Shown here piece by piece: positions 9,501-16,719 of a stretch of 64,000 nucleotides of DNA (positions within the stretch are counted from its first letter, which is position 1; each line of letters opens with the position of its first letter). Made by a program: the position numbers and the translations under genes. This stretch comes from Anaerolineae bacterium (GTDB lineage: Bacteria; Chloroflexota; Anaerolineae; Anaerolineales; E44-bin32). The stretch covers positions 62,670 through 126,669 of the forward strand of contig BTQZ01000002.1 in NCBI GenBank assembly GCA_036986135.1, written 5' to 3'. The notes under the pieces are model-generated. The model was not told the origin of the DNA. It searched no databases and was given only the letters and a program-made list of their open reading frames with translations.

Positions 9501-10568
9501 ATGATCGCCAATCACTTGCCGCGTACCAGACATATCTTGCCCATGACAAGGGTGCAACGCGAGCGGAAGCTCGATGGACCCGGTGTTTTGACCGTCAGGG
9601 TAAGGGAAAAGGTACAGTCGACCGATGTGATCGCCGAAGTGCAACCGCAGCCGCAACATCACTTTCTCGATCTGGCCTCCGCCTTAGGTGTTTCGGATGC
9701 GGAGGCGGCGCGCCTGCTGCGGGTGGACCTGGGGAGCGACGTGGAGGCGGGCCAAGTGTTGGCGGGCCCGGCCGGGATCGCAAGGCGCACAGTTCGTGCC
9801 CCAGCTAATGGCAAGGTGCTTTCCCTCTCTAGAGGCCGAGTGCTATTCGAAGCTCGCGAAGCGGCGCGCGCAGTTCACGCAGGGGTGCCGGGGGAGGTCA
9901 CCGCCTCCGATGGCGCGCGCTCGATCATCATCTCGGCCGTCGGGGCGCTTGTCCAAGGAGCATGGGGAAACGGCCGCCGGGGATGGGGAGTATTGCGTGA
10001 CGTGGGTGAAAGTCGGAGTGCGCGGTTGGAGCCTAACGAACTCGACATGATTCTTCGAGGCGCGGTTGTACTAGTAGGAGTGGTCGATAATCCTAAGTCT
10101 CTTCATCAAGCCACTGAAATTCCAATCCGCGGCCTGGTATGTGGAAGTATGGCGTCGGAGCTTATACCCACCGCATTGCACATGTCATATCCGATCTTGT
10201 TGACGGAGGGTTTTGGGGCAATCCCGATGAACTCCCCGTCCTACGACCTGCTGAGCACCAATGCGGGAAGGGAAGCGAACGTGGAAGCGTCGCTGCTGGA
10301 ACCCTATGAGACTCAACAGCCCGAGATCCTGGTACCGCTCCCTGCCACGCAGGACCTTATGAATCCGGAACGAATCGTGCAACTGTTGCCTGGAGTGCGG
10401 GTGCGGGCCTTGAGAGCGCCTCATGTCGGGGCGGTCGGAAGCTTGCTGCATTTGATGCCGGGGGTCGAGTCCTTCCCAAGCGGCATATTGGCGCGCAGCG
10501 CGATGGTCGAGCTGGAGGGGATTGGCTCCGTCGCAGTGCCGCTGAGCAACTTAGAAGTGATTGCTTGA
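9501..10568 (+). CDS. Hypothetical protein with N-terminal lipoyl/barrel-sandwich-hybrid-like segment
   Basis: VEAGQVLAGPAGIARRTVRAPANGKVLSL resembles the hybrid motif of biotinyl/lipoyl-type or HlyD-type barrels. The rest is unassigned. Confidence 0.5.
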   Translation: MIANHLPRTRHILPMTRVQRERKLDGPGVLTVRVREKVQSTDVIAEVQPQPQHHFLDLASALGVSDAEAARLLRVDLGSDVEAGQVLAGPAGIARRTVRAPANGKVLSLSRGRVLFEAREAARAVHAGVPGEVTASDGARSIIISAVGALVQGAWGNGRRGWGVLRDVGESRSARLEPNELDMILRGAVVLVGVVDNPKSLHQATEIPIRGLVCGSMASELIPTALHMSYPILLTEGFGAIPMNSPSYDLLSTNAGREANVEASLLEPYETQQPEILVPLPATQDLMNPERIVQLLPGVRVRALRAPHVGAVGSLLHLMPGVESFPSGILARSAMVELEGIGSVAVPLSNLEVIA

Positions 10569-10660
10569 TGGAACTTGGTTCGAAACTTGCAACTTATGGC
10601 GTACCCGATCGCGTTGTAACGCGTTCATGCGGATCTTCTTAGGCGTGAGGGGAGGATATT

Positions 10661-11245
10661 ATGGCAGAAGACTTTGAAGTTACTGGGGGGCTGCCCGAGG
10701 ACGGTGAGAATCGCACCTTTGTAATTGCGGCCGCTGGGCTCGGAGGCTTGATCGTGCTGAGTCTCGTATGTCTGGGGGTCTACGCCCTAGTCTTGCAGCC
10801 GCGGCAGCGCGAGGCTGCCTTGCAGCAACCGACCAGTATCGTTCTCACAAATACGGCTGTCGCGCTCGGTCTGACGCAGACCGCGGAGGCAGAGGATTTT
10901 ACGCCAATACCCACGGAGCCGCCTCCGACATTCACACCTGCGCCCTCTGACACTCCGGTGCCGACTCAGGTGGTTGTGCTGCCAACAGACACCCCCACTC
11001 CTACCCCATTTACGACGTTGCCAACGGTGGCGCCCCTAACGGCCACCGCGGCGGCCCAGATGACGCAGACCGCATTGGCGATCGCGGGCGGGGCCGGGTC
11101 GCCCACACCTCATCCAACGGCGCTCCCCGTAGCCGGCTTTGCTGATGATGTTGGACTGCCCGGATTGGCGGGGCTGGCGGGGCTATTCTTGGCGGCGATT
11201 TTCCTGACCAGGAGGCTGCGGTCGAGAACCACGCCTGCAAGATGA
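10661..11245 (+). CDS. Pro/Thr-rich protein with N-terminal TM and C-terminal LPVAG + hydrophobic + RRLRSR tail
   Basis: SD GAGGGGAGGA upstream. N-terminal TM FVIAAAGLGGLIVLSLVCLGVYALV, PT-rich linker, C-terminus LPVAGFADDVGLPGLAGLAGLFLAAIFLTRRLRSR (sortase-signal-like). Confidence 0.6.
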   Translation: MAEDFEVTGGLPEDGENRTFVIAAAGLGGLIVLSLVCLGVYALVLQPRQREAALQQPTSIVLTNTAVALGLTQTAEAEDFTPIPTEPPPTFTPAPSDTPVPTQVVVLPTDTPTPTPFTTLPTVAPLTATAAAQMTQTALAIAGGAGSPTPHPTALPVAGFADDVGLPGLAGLAGLFLAAIFLTRRLRSRTTPAR

Positions 11246-11261
11246 TTGAATAGCGAACCAC

Positions 11262-11295
11262 AAAAGGGGCCGCGCATGGCTGCGCGGCCCCTTTT
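11262..11295. terminator. Bidirectional intrinsic terminator between convergent genes
   Basis: AAAA-GGGGCCGCGCA-tggc-TGCGCGGCCCC-TTTT, an 11-bp perfect stem. Confidence 0.75.
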
Positions 11296-11317
11296 CGATT
11301 TCAGGTTCAGCGTTAGG

Positions 11318-11821
11318 TTAGTCTGGCAGGCCGAGCTTGGCCAACGTTTCGAACAGCTGCGCGACGCCGTTTCCGTCCAGCGCGCTGGTCTCCAGATATG
11401 GGGCTTGGAGTGAGTCGGCAAATTGCTGCGCCTGCTCTGGCCGTTGGGTGCGTTCCAGATCAATCTTGTTGCCTACCACGATGAATGGTTGCTGCTCAAC
11501 CGCCTCGAGAATCTCGTCCCTCCAGCGGGCGAGGCCAACGAAGGATTCGGGTTCCGTCACGTCGTATACCAGGGCTGCGGCACGGCTCCCGCGATAGAAG
11601 CCCGCGCGTATGACCTGGAAACGATCCTGACCCGCCATGTCCCAGATCGAAAGCTTGACGGTTTGCCCGGTCAGATCTACAGTCTGTGTCTGAAAATCGA
11701 CCCCAATCGTGGCCACGCGGGTCTGTTCGAATTTCCCTTCACAGAAACGCCGAATCAGCGACGTCTTACCGACATTGCCATCGCCTGCGACGACTACCTT
11801 CAAGACGGGAACGCTGTTCAA
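11318..11821 (-). CDS. Ras-superfamily small GTPase, Rab-like (prokaryotic, no prenylation Cys)
   Basis: G1 GDGNVGKT, switch I TIGVDF, G3 WDMAGQDRF, G4 GNKIDL, G5 ETSAL. TTG start 3 nt after the upstream stop. Confidence 0.85.
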   Translation of the reverse strand: MNSVPVLKVVVAGDGNVGKTSLIRRFCEGKFEQTRVATIGVDFQTQTVDLTGQTVKLSIWDMAGQDRFQVIRAGFYRGSRAAALVYDVTEPESFVGLARWRDEILEAVEQQPFIVVGNKIDLERTQRPEQAQQFADSLQAPYLETSALDGNGVAQLFETLAKLGLPD

Positions 11822-11824
11822 GGG

Positions 11825-12556
11825 CTACTGGTGACGACCGAGAAAATACTTATGGGGAAATACGAGTTCATCCGGATCGACGGGTGGGTTGCCTAGCAAG
11901 GTTCGGTTGGCCCGCTCAAATAGCAGATGAAGTTCCTCGAGCGATTCCAATTGATCGGCGGCGGGGTCCGTTGAAAATAATGTCATGAGGGTCGTGAACT
12001 CTCCCGGCACATAGGCAAGCCACCGCCCGCCTTCGATCTGAGTCGATTGCATGCCGGCGCCGAAGATTTCCTTTGTGGCAGCCCGGTAAGAAGAAAGCAT
12101 CGGAATGGCCAGTTCCGCCTCGATCTGAAATTCTCCGATGGTGTTGAGCGGCATACCAGAATCGTTATCATAGACCGAATACCCAAGCACCTTTGCAACG
12201 TTCTTCTGGCGGATGACCACACTCTTGCCTTCGGTGGTGGCCGCTTTCCATTCCTCTGAATCCGGCGACATTTCGACGTACCGCTTCACAGTCTGCTGCT
12301 CGCGGCGATAGTGATCGTACAGTTCTTGGAATTGGGCGCGGTTTATCTCACCCGTGGCAAACTCCTCGGCCAGCCTGTTGATCTTGCCCTGGACCCGATC
12401 CAAGTACTCCTGGGGGTTTTCAAGCGGTGATGGATCGCTGTCTGTAGTGGGCTGCGGAGGAGTCGCCACAGCGGCCCCTTGCTGAGGTGCTGCGGGGGCC
12501 GCCGGTGACTGGGGCTGGGTATCGCCCGAAATGAGGTCGCGTAGGCGTCTTAACAT
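11825..12556 (-). CDS. Coiled-coil protein with C-terminal Roadblock/LC7-or-longin-like alpha/beta domain (GTPase partner)
   Basis: Start moved to ATG 12556 (MLRRLRDLISG), which removes the overlap with the PGM gene and sits 21 nt below TGcTATAAT. Q/P/A-rich N-terminus, helical YLDRVQGKINRLAEEFATGEINRAQFQELYDHYRREQ, C-terminal mixed fold. Confidence 0.55.
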   Translation of the reverse strand: MLRRLRDLISGDTQPQSPAAPAAPQQGAAVATPPQPTTDSDPSPLENPQEYLDRVQGKINRLAEEFATGEINRAQFQELYDHYRREQQTVKRYVEMSPDSEEWKAATTEGKSVVIRQKNVAKVLGYSVYDNDSGMPLNTIGEFQIEAELAIPMLSSYRAATKEIFGAGMQSTQIEGGRWLAYVPGEFTTLMTLFSTDPAADQLESLEELHLLFERANRTLLGNPPVDPDELVFPHKYFLGRHQ

Positions 12557-12577
12557 AACGATTACCCGATCGCGGGC

Positions 12578-12586
12578 ATTATAGCA
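12578..12586 (-). promoter_or_regulatory. Extended -10 promoter TGcTATAAT for the GTPase operon
   Basis: Reverse complement of attatagca reads TGCTATAAT. 21 nt upstream of ATG 12556. Confidence 0.5.
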
Positions 12587-12620
12587 CGGGGGGCATATGC
12601 TCATGAAATGGGAAGAGAGT

Positions 12621-14069
12621 CTAGTCCGCTTGAGCCACCTGACGGCCGTATTCGAGCAAAGACTCGAGGTCTCCGGGCTCGCGAGCTTCAGCGTAAACAC
12701 GGAGCAGCGGCTCCGTTCCGGAGGGTCGGACGAGCAGCCACGAATCGTCTTCCATATGGAATTTCACTCCATCCCGGTTGCTAACGCGCTCTACCTGGAG
12801 CTTGCCGATAGCCTCTGGAGCGCCGTCAACGAGCCGCGAGGAGAGCTGTTCCTTGGGAACCGGTCGCGACAGCCGCAAGTCCAAACGCCCGTAATGCGAG
12901 GGCCCGACATCCTTCACGAGCTCGCCGACCAGATCTTCCAACGTCGATCCAGTTGAGGCGACCATTTCCAATACCAGCAGGCTGATGAGGATTCCATCGC
13001 CTTCCGGGATATGGCCCTTGAAAGAGATGCCTCCAGACTCCTCGCCCCCGATAAGCACGTCTTCGCGCAGCATACAATCGGCGATGTGGTCGAATCCGAC
13101 CGGGGTCTCTATGACCTCCAGACCATACTTCTTGCCGAGCCGATTGATCATCTGGGTCGTCGATACGGTCTTGACGATTTTGCCGCTCCAACCCCGCTGC
13201 TCCACCAGGTATTTCAACGCCAACGACATCAGCCGATGTGGATCGACGAACTCTCCCCGCCCATCCATGGCTCCGATCCGATCCGCATCTCCATCCGTAG
13301 CCAGACCAAGCTGACCGTGACCTGCCGCGATGCATCCGGCCAGTGCTCCTAGATAGCGAGCGATAGGCTCGGGGTGAATTCCTCCGAAACCGGGATTCAT
13401 CTCACCTCGCACCTCCGTTACTTCGCATCCCGTTCCCTGGAGGATCCCCTTGATCTGACCACGACCCGATCCATACATGGAATCCACTGCAATGTGCTGA
13501 GGGTTTTCGGCAATAGCATCGAAATCGATCAGGGTGCGCAGGTGATCATGGTAGCTCGCAGTGGGATTGAAACGTTCTATCAATCCCGTTTCCTTTGCTT
13601 GCCCGTAGTCCATTAGGTTCGGACCCCGACCGCGAGATTCATTATCGTTGAAGTAGAACTCGACCCGACGGCACTGCTCCCTTGCGGCGGCACCTCCGTA
13701 GGCGGCCTTGAGCTTGAGCCCGTTGTAGCGCGGCGCATTGTGTGAGGCGGTGATCATGATGCCCGCCATCGCGCCCAGGTTACGCACGGCATATGAAATA
13801 CAGGGGGTCGGAACGTCGGCGCTGGTCAAATAGACCTTGATTCCGTTCCCGGCCAATACGCGTGCCGCCTCAACTGCGAACCGATCGGAGAGGAAGCGTG
13901 TGTCGAACCCGATAACCACTCGTCGCGCATCCGGAGTCAAGGTCCCGTTATGCCATTCATCTGCCGCAACGGCGTCCGCAATTGACTGGCTCACGAGACG
14001 CACGTTGTGAAAGGTAAAGGTGTCCGATATGACTCCCCGCCATCCATCGGTTCCAAAGGTTATCGGCAT
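12621..14069 (-). CDS. Phosphoglucomutase/phosphomannomutase family protein
   Basis: Active-site loop ITASHNAPRYNGLK, metal loop ATDGDADR, sugar loop GGEESGG. GGAGG SD upstream. Confidence 0.9.
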   Translation of the reverse strand: MPITFGTDGWRGVISDTFTFHNVRLVSQSIADAVAADEWHNGTLTPDARRVVIGFDTRFLSDRFAVEAARVLAGNGIKVYLTSADVPTPCISYAVRNLGAMAGIMITASHNAPRYNGLKLKAAYGGAAAREQCRRVEFYFNDNESRGRGPNLMDYGQAKETGLIERFNPTASYHDHLRTLIDFDAIAENPQHIAVDSMYGSGRGQIKGILQGTGCEVTEVRGEMNPGFGGIHPEPIARYLGALAGCIAAGHGQLGLATDGDADRIGAMDGRGEFVDPHRLMSLALKYLVEQRGWSGKIVKTVSTTQMINRLGKKYGLEVIETPVGFDHIADCMLREDVLIGGEESGGISFKGHIPEGDGILISLLVLEMVASTGSTLEDLVGELVKDVGPSHYGRLDLRLSRPVPKEQLSSRLVDGAPEAIGKLQVERVSNRDGVKFHMEDDSWLLVRPSGTEPLLRVYAEAREPGDLESLLEYGRQVAQAD

Positions 14070-14092
14070 TCTTAGTCCTCCGGCTCGGGATT

Positions 14093-15406
14093 CTAACCGC
14101 GGTATTTGAGTCCGAGGGCGATATCGTTCAGATTCGTGCCCGTCGGCCCGGTCTTGATCAGTGCTCCGATCGCATCGAGCAGCGGATAGGCGTCGTTCCG
14201 CGCCAGCGCAGCCTCCGGGTGAAATCCAATCTTCTTTGCGCGTTGAATGCTTTTTGCATCGATCTGGGCCCCAGCCGCATCGGTCGGACCGTCGATGCCA
14301 TCGGTGGCCAGCGACATCAGTGCGAACCCGCTCTCCCCCTCAAGCGCGGTGGCCGCTCCGAGAGCAAGCTCTTGATTGCGACCCCCGAGCCCATCCCCTC
14401 GAATCCTGACCGTGGTCTCTCCTCCCATGATCAAGCAGTCGCCGGGATTGGCCGCGCTTAAACGAGATGCCAGGCGCCAACCAGCCACTCTGGCTTCCCC
14501 GCGCATGTTACGTGCCAAGATCTTGGGCCTAAAACCGAGCTGCCTGGCCTTTTCCGCCACGGCCTCAAGGACCATTCGATTGGAGCCCACGAGGACATTT
14601 ACCGGCCGGCGCGCGGGCGATGGCTTTGGACGGGGTCTTTCAAGCGCCCCCCGGATAGCCATCGGCACTGCCTCCCATATTCCATACGCTCGCAGGACTT
14701 GTTGGGCTTGCTCTGGACGGCGCTTGCGGATCACGGTAGGCCCGGAGCCTATCGAACCCAGGCGATCGCCAACCACGTCGGAGAGAATGAGCGAGATCAC
14801 TCGCGCGGGAGCCGCAAGCCGGGCCAGCCCGCCGGACTTGAGTTGTGAAAGGGCTCCACGCACCTGATTGATTTCTTCGATAGGCGCTCCGGAAGTCAAT
14901 AGTAGTTGGTTCGTAACCCGAAGCTCCTCCAGCTCAACCCCTCGAAGGGGCAGCTCGATCATGGCCGAAGCGCCTCCAGAGACCAAAACCAGCACAAGGT
15001 CTTCATCGCCGGTTTCGGCCAACAGAGCGGCAGCGGTGACGCCGGCATCCAGACTACCTGGGCCGGGAAGTGGGTGCTCAGACACGATGGTCTGAAAAGC
15101 CCGGGATAGACTGGCCTTCGGGCCGCTGCCCTCGATCCCCGGGTATCGCGGTTCCGTGACCAGCCCTTCCGTCACTCTTCTTCTCAGCCGGGCAGAGGTC
15201 GCCGAAGCCATTGCCGGTGCGGCCTTCCCAATGGCAATCACGTAGATCTTCCCAGTTGGGTGAAGATCTACACGGTGATCGCCCGCATGAAGGACCTGGC
15301 CCTCCAGGCTCAGATGCTGCCGCACCGCAGCCGAAGCGTCGGCTGCCGCGAGCGCCGCCTTTCGAAGGGCAGTCAGGTGGCTCTTATGTTTCGCGTATTC
15401 AGTCAA
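14093..15406 (-). CDS. Glycerate 2-kinase / hydroxypyruvate reductase-like (DUF4147 + MOFRL)
   Basis: IYVIAIGKAAPAMA, LVLVSGGASAM and GGETTV..GLGGRNQELAL motifs typical of the MOFRL glycerate kinase family. Confidence 0.8.
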   Translation of the reverse strand: MTEYAKHKSHLTALRKAALAAADASAAVRQHLSLEGQVLHAGDHRVDLHPTGKIYVIAIGKAAPAMASATSARLRRRVTEGLVTEPRYPGIEGSGPKASLSRAFQTIVSEHPLPGPGSLDAGVTAAALLAETGDEDLVLVLVSGGASAMIELPLRGVELEELRVTNQLLLTSGAPIEEINQVRGALSQLKSGGLARLAAPARVISLILSDVVGDRLGSIGSGPTVIRKRRPEQAQQVLRAYGIWEAVPMAIRGALERPRPKPSPARRPVNVLVGSNRMVLEAVAEKARQLGFRPKILARNMRGEARVAGWRLASRLSAANPGDCLIMGGETTVRIRGDGLGGRNQELALGAATALEGESGFALMSLATDGIDGPTDAAGAQIDAKSIQRAKKIGFHPEAALARNDAYPLLDAIGALIKTGPTGTNLNDIALGLKYRG

Positions 15407-15446
15407 GGGAATGTGCCACGATGTTCAGACGGATGAGTGCTCCGAA

Positions 15447-16676
15447 CTAGGAACCGTCGATATCGGATACAGCCTGAGCTGCAGCAGCCTCGGCGTCTAG
15501 CCGACCGGTCAGGACTGCCTGCACCGCCCCGGCCAGTGGAGGTCCGATGGCCTTCAATAGTGAGCCTTGGGGCTTGGCCACCGCAACTGAGACGATACGA
15601 CTGGCGGTCGCGGCCAGCGAGCCATCCGGCCACCGCCCCAGCACCTCCGGCTGAGCAGGCAGCAGCCCCAGAGCATGAGACCACTCTGCCAGGAATGCCG
15701 GTTCAGTCAGCCACTCAATCAGTTCCGCCGACAACTCTTTGTGCTCGGGGTTTGCCACTGCCCAAGACCATGGCACGGCAAGCGCGATCCCTAGTCCGTT
15801 CCTTGTAGGGAGTGGCCCCAGGGCATGCATCCCGGGATCATGGGAGGCGAAAAAGGCGCCATAGGGTGCCTGCGCGGCCTCAGAGCGTCGCTCTTGAAGG
15901 GCCAGCCAGGTCTCTCCGGAGGTGGATAAATCGAGGGAGGCCGGGGATAGGTTTCCAGATTCGGAAGCGGTCGCCAAAAAGCCGAGCGCCTCAGCAAGAA
16001 CATTCTCGTCGAGTCCCGAATCTTGGCTGAGCTCTCCTCCGAGTGACAGGTACTGCGCAATAAGAAATGTAGCCTCCGGGTCCGCCGCCGGGATAATAAA
16101 CTTATTGGCCTCGATGATCAGGTCGGTCCAATTGAGAGGTACTGCTTCAAAGGCCGCTATTTCCGAGGCAAAGGTCTCCATCTCGCTCGCAAAGGGTTGC
16201 GCGTAGCGAATTCCGTCCACGCGTGCGGTGTCCTCTGCAAAGGCGTAATTATCTGAAGGATTGCCGAGCTCTGGTAACGGCGCGAGCAGACCCGTCAGGG
16301 CCATAGTGCTAAGCGCTTCGGGATCGAGCGTCACGAGATGAGGCAACGTGGCGGGCGCCGCTCGGCTGGCAGCCGAAAGAGATTCCATGAGGCCTCCCGG
16401 GCCCCTCTCCGCCTTTGTCCGAACGACCAACCGGATATCGGGATTCTCGTTCTGAAAGGTCTCCAAGCGTTCCAGCAGTACCATCCCCGCCGGCGTTTCG
16501 GGATTCGGTGCGAAGGCGGGAGCTACCCATAGAATGAGCTCCGTCGGTGCGACGGCCGTCGGAGTGGGAGGAATTGGCGCTGAAGTAGGAGTTGGGAGGG
16601 GAGTCGAAGCCGGTATTTGCGGCGCGTTGGCGCAGCCCGCCAACAGGAAAAGCCCCAACAGTAGGGCTGGACGCAT
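15447..16676 (-). CDS. ABC-type extracellular solute-binding lipoprotein (sugar-type family 1-like)
   Basis: Lipobox LLAGC at the N-terminus, Pro/Thr linker, ~370-aa periplasmic-binding-like body. No cognate permeases adjacent. Confidence 0.65.
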   Translation of the reverse strand: MRPALLLGLFLLAGCANAPQIPASTPLPTPTSAPIPPTPTAVAPTELILWVAPAFAPNPETPAGMVLLERLETFQNENPDIRLVVRTKAERGPGGLMESLSAASRAAPATLPHLVTLDPEALSTMALTGLLAPLPELGNPSDNYAFAEDTARVDGIRYAQPFASEMETFASEIAAFEAVPLNWTDLIIEANKFIIPAADPEATFLIAQYLSLGGELSQDSGLDENVLAEALGFLATASESGNLSPASLDLSTSGETWLALQERRSEAAQAPYGAFFASHDPGMHALGPLPTRNGLGIALAVPWSWAVANPEHKELSAELIEWLTEPAFLAEWSHALGLLPAQPEVLGRWPDGSLAATASRIVSVAVAKPQGSLLKAIGPPLAGAVQAVLTGRLDAEAAAAQAVSDIDGS

Positions 16677-16684
16677 GGTGCGTC

Positions 16685-16690
16685 ATTATA
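16685..16690 (-). promoter_or_regulatory. -10 box TATAAT 8 nt upstream of ATG 16676 (leaderless-type)
   Basis: Minus strand reads TATAAT-gacgcacc-ATG. Confidence 0.45.
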
Positions 16691-16701
16691 CTTGGGCGCC
16701 A

Positions 16702-16710
16702 TGCTACAAT
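16702..16710 (+). promoter_or_regulatory. Extended -10 TGcTACAAT 9 nt upstream of uvrC ATG (leaderless-type)
   Basis: TGcTACAAT-cgcgccgac-ATG(16720). No SD is possible in the 9-nt gap. Confidence 0.5.
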
Positions 16711-16719
16711 CGCGCCGAC

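Noticed and set aside
16534-16719. 62-codon N-terminal extension of uvrC given by the ORF track.
   Set aside because: The extension is Gly/Val/Ala-rich nonsense. It overlaps the divergent lipoprotein gene on the other strand and precedes the canonical GIY-YIG N-terminus that begins at ATG 16720.
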